From positions 188,502,804 to 188,544,000 of the forward strand of contig OZ360222.1 of NCBI GenBank assembly GCA_977017645.1: a stretch of DNA of 41,197 bases, written 5' to 3'. Positions 1 to 8,882 of the stretch are shown piece after piece (position 1 is the stretch's first letter; every line of letters begins with the position of its first letter). Source of the DNA: Torpedo marmorata. Lineage: Eukaryota. Below the pieces are notes generated by a model. That model saw only the letters and a list, made by a program, of their open reading frames with translations, was not told where the DNA came from and made no database searches. The position numbers were made by a program, and so were the translations under genes.

Positions 1-550
1 AAAGAAGGCTCGCCAGCGGCTATACTTTGTGAGGTGTCTGAGGAGATTTGGTATGTCACCGAAGACTCTCGTAAACTTCTACAGGTGTACCGTGGAGAGC
101 ATTCTGGCTGGTTGCATCACTGCCTGGTATGGAGGCGCCAACTCTCAGGACAAGAATAAACTCGAGGGTTGTTAACTCAGCCTGTGACATCACAGGCACC
201 AGACTTCACTCCATCGAGGACATCTACGTGAGGCGGTGTCTTAAAAAAGCAGTCTCTATCCTCAAAGACCCCCACCACCCAGGCCATGCCCTCTTCACTC
301 TGCTACCATCGGGAAAAAGGTACAGGAGCCTAAAGACGAACACTCAATGGCACAAGGACAGCTTCTTCCCCGCTGCTATCAGATTCCTGAATAATCAATG
401 AACCAAAGACACTGCCTTACTTTTTGTGCACTATTATTTATATTTATAGTAATGTCGAAAGATGGTTATAATATGAATGTTTGCAATATGATGCTGCCGC
501 AAAATACCGAATTTCATGACTTGTTCATGACAATAAATTCTAATTCTGAT
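1..550 (+). mobile_element. Rex1/Babar-type LINE 3' end (ORF2 C-terminus, frameshifted) with 3' UTR and tail
   Basis: From nt 2 reads KKARQRLYFVRCLRRFGMSPKTLVNFYRCTVESILAGCITAWYG. After a frameshift it continues ...KKAVSILKDPHHPGHALFTLLPSGKRYRS...SFFPAAIRFLN* (stop at 401), the typical Rex1/Babar C-terminus. Ends with GACAATAAATTCTAATTCTGAT. Confidence 0.88.
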
Positions 551-1062
551 AAGATAGATAATAAGTATTCACAGTAATCCTGGTGCAAAAAAGTGAGTTG
601 CAGTGGTGCAGACAAATTTAAAGGAATGGCAGTATTTGTTTTTATTCTTTGCGCAAAGTGACCAAATCTAAATGTCAGGCAAGCACAATTTCTGTATAAT
701 TTAACAGATAAATGTTTCTATGAATATGTACAGAACAAGAGCGTACCCCTTCACAAACAATGTCAACTATAGGATTTACTGATGGTGCAATCAGCATAGT
801 TAATTGTTAGGTTGACTCCATTTGATTCACTTCTAAGGTAGGTTAACTTATAATATTTATTGAACATGTATGCGATTGCAAACAATGGATTTATATCAGA
901 GCTTCACTACTCCAGGCCAATTCTTTGTCTAAAGCCTAGAGATGAATTGCATTTTCTACTTTTATCATAACATACCTATTTTTGGCCATAAAATTTTACG
1001 CAACCTGAACAACACAACATTTTTTAAAAATTCTGAATTATAACACAACCATTGTACTAGAA

Positions 1063-1812
1063 CGGGGTGGCCAAACCGCAGCTCACGAGCCACATGCGGC
1101 TCTTTGACATGAATGTGCGGCTTGCGGAAATATGTTGGCTGTATAGTGTCAGTGGGTGTGGCTTGCAATCGTGTGATTGTGGTGCGTGTGGCTGTGTTGC
1201 GGGCAGTGAAAGTTGCGGAGTGTAAGTATGATCCAGGCCACCCTCCCATCCGAGCTCCCGACAGCCATCTCTCACCTCGGCCCTGGCCTCCTGCCCATCC
1301 TAGCTCCCGACGCCCCGGCTGCCCTCCCATCGAGCTCCTGACTGCAGACTCTCACCTGAGCCCCGGCCGCCTGCCCACCCATCAGAGCTCCCAACGTCTC
1401 GAACGTGGACTTGCCACCAGGTCCCAGCCAGTCGCCCGCCCATCCGAGCTCCTGAAGTCTTGAACGACTCAGGTACCTACTGCGGTGAAAAGTTGTACGT
1501 GTGTAATAGTCGACCCCCTAAATTTTTCCCAAAAAATTGGTCCACAAAATTTGACTATTACACGAGTACAGTATATACGGTATGTGTACATTTTGATTAT
1601 TGAAGCGAATACAGTTTAATAGCTGTTTAAAAACTACATACATGAATAAATATTTTATTACGTACATGTATTTCTTTATACAAAAACTTTGTAACAAAAT
1701 ATGCATGCAAGAGTTAAAACATGTATGTAATATTTTTTCATGTCTTGCGGCTCTCAAACATCTGAAGTTTATCGTATGTGACTCTTGCGTTAAGCAAGTT
1801 TGGCAACCCCTG
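1063..1812 (+). mobile_element. Non-autonomous hAT (Charlie/Buster-type) element, composite
   Basis: TIRs CGGGGTGGCCAAAC and GTTTGGCAACCCCTG. 8-bp TSD TACTAGAA (1055-1062) / TACAAGAA (1813-1820). The right 230 bp match 12045-12273 and the reverse complement of 37339-37498. Confidence 0.85.
1230..1580 (+). mobile_element. Tc1/mariner-type MITE, right part only, nested in the hAT element
   Basis: Homologous to 15790-16165 (CCGAGCTCCCGAC repeats, CAGGTACCTACTGCGGT, GACTATTACACGAGTA..TATACGG|TA). The left TIR is missing. Confidence 0.75.
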
Positions 1813-2186
1813 TACAAGAAGCACAATCTCATTCATGCCTTTGGACTCCAGCACATTTACACTAGACTAAGACTGGGCATTGTCAAAATGATTGTTTTGA
1901 CATTAACATGCCGAAAGTAATTTGTGAATTTACTAGATCATCTTATTGTCTGAATTCCTTTTGTCAAATAAAGGTAATTATGACTATATCAGCTGCATTT
2001 CATTCTGCTCTTGTATTCTTTTACATGAGCTGTTTTGCACAAAGACTTCTCTTGGTCTCCTATCTACCTGTCAGGTTCATGCAGCCGACTTGCTTTCTGT
2101 GGTCTCGAGGCATATTCCTCTGCCAATTAAACCAAAGTTGCTGATGATTGATCACTTGGTATATTTCACACTATCCTCTATTGAGT

Positions 2187-2304
2187 AAAAACACAAAGCT
2201 GGAGAAACTCAGCAGGTCAAGCAGTGTCCTTTATATAACAAAGGTAAAAATACATAACCGACGTTTCGGGCTTTGTTCGGAAGCCTGCCGACATTTTTCC
2301 ATAC
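2187..2304. mobile_element. Penelope-like element, left part: inverted pLTR fragment (2187-2273) plus start of the forward 3' end
   Basis: 2187-2273 is the reverse complement of about 8756-8842. 2274-2304 joins 8741 onward to rebuild the same 3' end seen at 30100-30235. Flanking duplication ATCCTCTATTGAGT (2173-2186) / ATCTTCTATTGAGT (8883-8896). Confidence 0.75.
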
Positions 2305-2900
2305 TATAGTGACTTCAATCCAACAAATAGTCACTTGGAGGCTAAGTGAGATACTTGTTCTTGACACGTTTCAATTAATTTACTAACAAAGTCCAATATG
2401 TTCAAAAAACTTTATTTACACACGTGACTTGCAGCAATCTTCAATGACTTAAATATCTTCTTTAAATGAAATATAAACAGTTCTTGATAACGATGTTTAA
2501 TATATTCCTTTAAACGATTCCTTTGACTATTTAAATGTTCAATGAAATGACTTTAAACGACCTTAAACCATCAATGAAATGAGTTTTAACGGTCAATGAA
2601 AGATATGGCGATCTCACTCACCCTCCTCCGTCGCCATCTTTTTCCTTTCTTTTCACCTCGATTCGCGCATGCCCACTGCGCACATTCCACCGCGCATACC
2701 ACACCGCGCATACTCCACCGCGCACACTCTACCGAGCATACTGCCGTCAATTCCCAACTGCGCATGTGCCCGTCGGCACTCTAGCGCATGCGCAGAGTAC
2801 TAAATATGCCTAGCACGGCCTAACAAACACCGCGACTCCTCTGTAACCCGCCAAGACCATCGGAGCGCCGCGACCAAGGTAAGTGCTTACTGCTCTTACA
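2305..2900 (-). repeat. BEL/Pao 3' LTR (596 bp)
   Basis: Near-identical to 8136-8735. On the minus strand it begins TGTAAGAGC and ends GTCACTATA. Confidence 0.93.
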
Positions 2901-3104
2901 CCGGCCTCTAATTATTATAATTAAACGCAATGTCTTAAATAATAATTACACAATCAATTACAAATAACAATAACCATATAACATTCAAACAATATACAAA
3001 TCTTCTTTCTTCATAAGACCAGAGTTTACCATAACTCTGAATCAACAAAAGTCTGTACCTGTGAAGTATACAACAACAAATAAAGTCAGTTTGTATTTAT
3101 CAAA

Positions 3105-3285
3105 GTTCCTCCGTCTCCCACAGAAGGCAGACCTTGTTAATGGGTCGATTTATAAAGCCAGTCTTAGTTTTAATTCGAACTTGACGCACAAGTCCCCTTT
3201 TGTCCTGAATCGTCTCAATAATTTTTCCAAGTAACCAGGAGTTTCTTGGAGTTGAATTATCCATAATAATTACAAAGTCTCCTCA
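3105..3285 (-). pseudogene. BEL/Pao Pol extreme C-terminal remnant (DUF5641-like, post-integrase)
   Basis: Minus strand reads approximately IIMDNSTPRNSWLLGKIIETIQDKRGLVRQVRIKTKTGFINRPINKVCLL, the characteristic BEL polyprotein tail. Confidence 0.75.
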
Positions 3286-3849
3286 AAGTTCTTTTATCTC
3301 CAAAATCTTTGAGTTAAAACGTCAACCAGTAAACCTCAAATCTTCCTCAGACAAAATAGATAGTTTTTCTTTTGAATTTAACACGAGGCACTTCTTCAGC
3401 ATTTATTCTTTTCTTCCGCTTTCTGATTTTGCGAATTTTACTTACAATTAAATCTTTCTGTTTACTGTTTTCATGATTATCTAATATTTCCAATTCCCTT
3501 TTCAACATTTTGTTCTCTGAATTCGATTGCATTAAATTATCATTCACATTCTTCTTTATTCCATCAGCACAATTTCCTGCGTTTTACATCACATTGCAAT
3601 ATTTCTTCATTAACTTTGTCAGTTGTAACCTCTGAACTACAAAATCTACTTTCAGATTTGTTCTCAGTCACTTGTTTTATTCTTGTATCTGATTCAATTA
3701 CACATGAATAATCAATAATATTATTTGCAACATCTTCTAATACTTCATTTTCATTCATTTCTGATGAAAATAATTCTTTCAATGTTGTTTTAAATACCCT
3801 TGATTTATTTTCACATTGATCTGTTTTCTTTTCTTCAAAAGTGATTTTC

Positions 3850-4400
3850 TTATTCAGTCTTTTGCTCTTTCCTTAACTCATCAACTTTCACAACCAAAAT
3901 CCTATTAATATTTATCGCTAACTGTTCCTGAGCAATATCATTATTTCTTTCCAATGGTCTATTGATTGTCCGACCAAGCTTGGTTCTAACAGTGTAAGGT
4001 CCATTCCTTCTACTCTGTATTACTTCTAGTGGTTCCAAAATCTTTGGCACATCTGAACCAATCAGCATTTCTATCTCAGTTAATTTCAGGTAAATAAACC
4101 TTCCACAGATAAGACAAATGATGGATATCATTTTGATGAGGAATATTTCCTTCATGCACAGGCGTAGTCTTCTGAGTGTATAAACTTGGAAGATCACAAA
4201 ATTTTTTGTCATCCAATGCTGGTTTCAATTAGCTTTTCTTGTCCCATGGTTTTCAACATAATTCTTGACCTTCCTTGAATATTAAGTTTGTTCATTTGTC
4301 CTTCCGTGAAAAAAGATGCAGTGCTGCCTGAGTCTAGAAATGCATGTACTGTTGCATCCCCTTGGTCTTGACTTGTACAGGCACTATTGAAAGTTTGCAG
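3850..4400 (-). pseudogene. BEL/Pao aspartic protease region, frameshifted
   Basis: HAFLDSGSTASFF at about 4310-4348. Downstream [34 protein letters not shown] matches the LLIG..P...GP.A.RT.LGW pattern of BEL elements. Confidence 0.8.
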
Positions 4401-5291
4401 TTATCCACACTGGCCCCGGTAAGACCACTTGTCTGAACCGAGGTTATAAACATTGTTTTCTGATGTTTCCTTTGTTTCTGTTTGCTCCTTTTCCGATTCC
4501 TTGTTTCTTTGATGGATATGCAACATTCTAGGATGTTTCAACTTACATATTTTACAATTAATTCGCTTCTTGGAGTTTTTACTGGTGTGCCCTTTACACA
4601 GACAGCTAAAACATATTCCATTTTCCTTTAAGAAAGCGATCTTCTCATTATGTTCCTTCTTTTCCAACCGTAAACACATTTCCAAAGCATGTCCACCTTT
4701 ACAGAACAAACAACTCTTTTCATCAGGCAAATTTTCCTTTTCCTTATTTACTTTGTCCTTTTCTTTATTTATAACTGACACAATAGTAGCAAAAGTACTC
4801 TTTTTCAATTTCGGACTAGGCTGTGAGTTAGACCTCCTTACATCTTTGCCCATTGAATTGTCTCTTGTATTTCCATATATTGGATCTGTTTCAATGTACA
4901 CCTGTCGTTCTAGAAAATTTACCAAGTCCTTTAAGGTAGCTCTTCGACTGTAATTTTCTTGTAAATCACAAGCCAAATTTCTCCATCTATCCCACAACTT
5001 GTAAGGTAATTTTTCTAAGATGGTTCGCATATTACAGGCACTTCAAGCTCACGAATATTATCAATATCTTCCATGGCATTACAACAGCCTCTTTAAAATA
5101 GAGTATATTCTTGTAGAGCCTTTACATCATTTTATTTTATTGATGTCCTTTTAAGAGCTTTATCCATATAAGCTAAAGCAATTCGATGCTTGTTGCCAAA
5201 ATGTTGTTCTAGTAAAGCCTTAGCTCTGTCTAATCCTCTTTCTGAGGACATATGTTGACAACTCTTTACAAATTCTTTTGGATGTCCCTTT

Positions 5292-5667
5292 TAAAAAAAA
5301 AAAAAAAAAATATTTTATTTAAAATTTTAAATCACAAAATACATAAGGTAAAATATGAAATTATCAAAATACTTGTGATACATTTTCACCCCCCCTCCCT
5401 CCCCTCCCTAACCCTCCCATCCCTACTAATCTACTAAAATAAGAAAGAAAGAAAAAGATAGAATAAGGAGAATGTCAATCTAAAAAACACATCTATAAAC
5501 TAATTTTATTATGGAGGATAGGTTCGCCAGTCAGATCCGATGTCCAGAGATCTTCAAATCCTTAAACCAACAGCCTTCATATATGGGCTCCATATTTTCA
5601 AAAAGAAATGATATTTATTACGTAAATTATAAGTAATTTTTTCACAAAAAATTACTTATAATTTACG
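5292..5667 (-). mobile_element. 5'-truncated L1-clade LINE 3' end inserted in BEL gag
   Basis: 16-bp TSD TTTTGGATGTCCCTTT (5276-5291, 5668-5683). Homologous to 34490-34832. Carries a 5' fold-back. Confidence 0.9.
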
Positions 5668-6294
5668 TTTTGGATGTCCCTTTGTGAACATTTCCAAATA
5701 ATAAAGACATTCATCACGATCTTGGCATTTATTTTCAATATTGCGTTTGAAAGATCTCATAAATGATTGATACTGAAGTGGATCACCATCAAAAGTTTGT
5801 ATCTCTTTCTTGGGTAAAGAAGAGAGAGACTGTAACTGAATCAATGATGCAGCAATTTCATTTTGTCTTTCTTTTGATGTGAATACATTGCTCTGTTCAC
5901 CGCCTCTTGTTACAGGTAATGTATCTGGAAACCTCACTGGTGTAGTTTCTCCCATATTTCTGATACTTGACTCAAATGACAAGGGAGCTGCATCGTTCGA
6001 CCGAACCCAAGCCGCAGCTTTGTCTTCAGATGTTACCACTGGTACATGTGACTCGATACCAATATGCTCTTGAAGGAGTTGTCCTTGTATTTGCAAGTCT
6101 TGTACCCCTGATTCTAAAATATCTACCCTTTTGGTTGGTTTCTTTTCCTGTGACTCTTTTTAAAAATATGACCTTTTATTATCAGACACTTTGGATAATT
6201 TACTTTGCGCACCAGATACTATTGAGCCTTCTATTGCTTTCTTTCTGGCTATGGCAATAGCAATATCTGTTTTCAGCTCATGCTGCTCTTGTCT

Positions 6295-6500
6295 CTTTCT
6301 TAGCTGCTCTTGTCTCTTAGCTGTTGGCTCTGTCTTAGCTGCTCATCCTGTTGTCTCTGCCTCAGCTGTTCCTCCTGTTCTCTTAGCTGTTGGCTCTGCC
6401 TTAGCTGCTCCTCCTGTTGTCTCTGCCTTAGCTGTTCCTCCTGTTGTTTCTGCCTCTGCCTTAGCTGTTCCTCCTGTTCTCTTAGTTCCTCCTCCTGTTC
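6295..6500 (-). repeat. Degenerate tandem repeat (about 18-33 bp units) encoding an EEQLRQRQQ-type coiled coil in gag
   Basis: Repeated CTTAGCTGTT/CTCCTGTT/CTCTGC modules. Confidence 0.8.
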
Positions 6501-6520
6501 TTCTAAACATGTTTATCCTT

Positions 6521-6978
6521 TTTAAAAAAAAATATTTTATTTAAAATTTTTAAATCACACAGTACACTGTATAAAATGCAAAATTATCAAAATACATGTG
6601 ATACATTTTCTCCCTCCCACCCTCCCTCCCCTCCCTAACCCTCCCACACCTACTAATCTAATAAAATACAAAAGAAAGAAAGAAAAAGATAAGGAGAATG
6701 TCAATCTTAAAAAAAGAAAAACAACTACTTGTGGAACATAGGTTCACCAGCCCGATCTGATATCCAGAGAAGTTCAAATCCTTAAACCAACCATTTTTGT
6801 ATATGGGCTCCATACTTTCAAAAAGAAATGATATTTATTACGTAAATTATAAGTAATTTTTTCAAGTGGTATACATGAACGAAGTTCTGCATGCCATCTT
6901 TCTAACCCTAAATCAACATCAGATTTCCATGTAATAGCAATGCATTTCTTAGAAATAGCTAAAGCAATTCGCAAAAAT
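6521..6978 (-). mobile_element. 5'-truncated L1-clade LINE 3' end inserted in BEL gag, in frame
   Basis: Encodes EFLRIALAISKKCIAITWKSDVDLGLERWHAELRSCIPLEKITYNLRNKY..., nearly identical to the ORF ends at 25339 and 34576. Short TSD TCCTT (6516-6520, 6979-6983). Confidence 0.9.
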
Positions 6979-7679
6979 TCCTTAAGAGAATTTTGTCGTG
7001 CAGTAAGAGCGGCCAAGTCAACTTCAATCTTTGTATGTGACGATGCAGAACTTGAAGTACGAGAAACTCTGGAGCTCGAACCAGAACTTCGTTTGCTTCT
7101 CCTGCTTTCAGCATTTGAGACACTGTCACTTGCTTGTATTTTGTCCTGCAGGTCATGTGTTATCTTCTTACTTACCTCTTTCTCCAATTCGAATTGTATA
7201 GCCTCTTCATTTTCTTCATCCTCTTCATTTTCTTCAACCTCTTCATTTTCTTCAACCTCTTCATTTTCTTCATCCTCTTCATTTTCTTCATCCTCTTCAT
7301 TTTCTTCATCCTCTTCATTTTCTTCATCCTCTTCATTTTCTTCAACCTCTTCATTTTCTTCAACCTCTTCATTTTCTTCAACCTCTTCATTTGCTTCTTC
7401 ATTTGCTTCATCCTCTTCATTTGGTGACACAATTTCAGCCATTTCCATGTTATCTTCTTGTTCATCTAACGAAGCTGCCTCTTCTTCCTTTGCCTGCTTC
7501 AATCTTGCGATGAGAACCTTTTTATTTCCACTTATATCTAGTTTCAGTCGCTTCAATTCTTTTTTAATATCGGCAATATTCATGTCTTCAATACGTTGGT
7601 CCTTAACAGCAACATCAGCGGTTGCTGCATCAGCTGCTGATACATCAGTGGCTGCTGCATCAGAGGCTGCTGCGGCCAT
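6774..7679 (-). CDS. Open chimeric ORF: SAP + acidic repeat (BEL Gag N-terminus) fused to L1 ORF2 C-terminus; expression unknown
   Basis: ORF track 6774..7766 is open. Best start is AAAATGG at 7679 (MAAAASD...). Junction ...ARQNSLK|EFLRIALA.... Confidence 0.4.
   Translation of the reverse strand: MAAAASDAAATDVSAADAATADVAVKDQRIEDMNIADIKKELKRLKLDISGNKKVLIARLKQAKEEEAASLDEQEDNMEMAEIVSPNEEDEANEEANEEVEENEEVEENEEVEENEEDEENEEDEENEEDEENEEDEENEEVEENEEVEENEEDEENEEAIQFELEKEVSKKITHDLQDKIQASDSVSNAESRRSKRSSGSSSRVSRTSSSASSHTKIEVDLAALTARQNSLKEFLRIALAISKKCIAITWKSDVDLGLERWHAELRSCIPLEKITYNLRNKYHFFLKVWSPYTKMVGLRI
7203..7420 (-). repeat. 18-bp tandem repeat encoding (EENEE[D/V])n
   Basis: Roughly 10-12 units of TCTTCATTTTCTTCA(A/T)CC on the plus strand. 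Confidence 0.92.
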
Positions 7680-8135
7680 TTTACTCGTCTTGTTCCACTG
7701 TCCTTCAAGCATACACAACACTAGCCAAATCAACAGTCCCCAATGGACTAGCAGCAGCAAATCCAATCTGTGTTCTAACTTGCTAAAGATACGCAGAAGG
7801 AGTCCACAGACTTATGCCTACCACTTCAGATGACTGTAATGTGCTGCTATTCACAAACGAGTTTCAACTACAACATCCGTCAATAATATCGCCGATTTTC
7901 CAGAAATGGTTTCTCCAACGTATTTATAGTACACTTTACTATAAGATTTGAAGCTTTAAATCCCTCTCTGGCTGTTACTCATGGCAGATGGATGTGGATT
8001 ACAAACTGCCCCCAACTCAAGGCATCTCCAAGATGGCCACCATTTTATTTTAAATATCAGTCCAAAGCACAGAGAGATTATTCTATCTTCTTTCCTTCAA
8101 TTTTCTGTTCCAAACAACCACTTTCATTGACTAAA

Positions 8136-8735
8136 TATAGTGACTTCAATCCAACAAATAGTCACTTGGAGGCTAGGTGAGATACTTGTTCTTGACGTGT
8201 TTCAATTAATTTACTAACAAAGTCCAATATGTTCAGAAAACTTTACACACGTGACTTGCAGCAATCTTCAATGACTTAAATATCTTCTTTAAATGAAATA
8301 TAAACAGTTCTTGATAACGATGTTTAATATATTCCTTTAAGCAGTTCCTTTGACTGTATTTAAATGTTCAATGAAATGACTTTAAACGACTTTAAACCAT
8401 CAATGAAATGAGTTTAAATGGTCAATGGAAGATATGGCAATCTCACTCACCCTCCTTCGTCGCCATCTTTTTCCTTTCTTTTCACCTCGATTCGCGCATG
8501 CCCACTGCGCACATTCCACCGCGCATACCACACCGCGCATACTCCACCGCGCACACTCTACCGAGCATACTGCCGTCAATTCCCAACTGCGCATGTGCCC
8601 GTCGGCACTCTAGCGCATGCGCAGAGTACTAAATAGGCCTAGCACGGCCTAACAAACACCACGACTCCTCCGTAACCCGCCGAGACCATCGGAGCGCTGC
8701 AACCAAGGTAAGTAATTAAGCTTACGGCTCTTACA
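8136..8735 (-). repeat. BEL/Pao 5' LTR (600 bp)
   Basis: Direct repeat of 2305-2900 with scattered substitutions and small indels; followed by the CATAC TSD. Confidence 0.93.
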
Positions 8736-8778
8736 CATACCTTGATGAAGGGCTCAAGCCCGAAACGTCGGCTATATA
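8736..8778 (+). ncRNA. Minimal type-I hammerhead ribozyme-like motif (U3 variant) in Penelope pLTR
   Basis: TTGATGA-A-[GGGC TCAA GCCC]-GAAA-CGTC, flanked by CATACC and GG(C/T)TAT as stem I. Confidence 0.55.
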
Positions 8779-8882
8779 TTTTTACTGTTGCTATATGAAG
8801 GACACTGCTTGACCTGCTGAGTTTCTCCAGCTTTGTGTTTTTACTTCAACCATGGTGTCTGCAGATTATCGTGTTTTACTTC
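8736..8882 (+). mobile_element. Penelope-like element 3' end (pLTR), right part
   Basis: CATACCTTGATGAAGGGCTCAAGCCCGAAACGTCGG...GACCTGCTGAGTTTCTCCAGC. The same end follows the GIY-YIG fragment at 30130-30235. Confidence 0.8.

Larger units (their letters stand above)
4401..7679 (-). pseudogene. BEL/Pao gag, disrupted by two L1 insertions and frameshifts; N-terminal SAP motif
   Basis: SAP motif at about 7491-7592; Glu-rich repeat; LPKKEIQTFDGDPLQYQSFMRSF (DUF1759-like); ILEKLPYKLWDRWR; zinc knuckles CLFCKGGHALEMC, CFSCLCKGH and CKICKLKHPRMLH. Confidence 0.85.
2305..8735 (-). mobile_element. BEL/Pao LTR retrotransposon, internally deleted (gag, protease, integrase C-terminal tail only)
   Basis: Direct LTRs 2305-2900 and 8136-8735. 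5-bp TSD CATAC (2300-2304, 8736-8740). PPT-like AATTAGAGGCCGG before the 3' LTR. BEL-type Gag, zinc knuckles and protease remnants inside. Confidence 0.92.

Noticed and set aside
1-165. ALKBH8-like host gene fragment
   Set aside because: The KKAxQRLYFLR (DUF1891) motif here belongs to a Rex1/Babar LINE with its 3' tail.
5390-5425. Telomeric CCCTAA seed or G-quadruplex
   Set aside because: A single hexamer in the ordinary G-rich L1 3' UTR tract, also at about 6635 and 34728.
7680-7766. Signal-peptide-like N-terminus MDLLLLVHWGLLIWLVLC
   Set aside because: Starts at a non-ATG codon upstream of the better AAAATGG start; likely leader sequence.
6940-7833. Ser-rich, Phe/Ile-rich and Lys/Met-rich ORFs
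   Set aside because: Antisense or alternative frames of the 18-bp Glu repeat.
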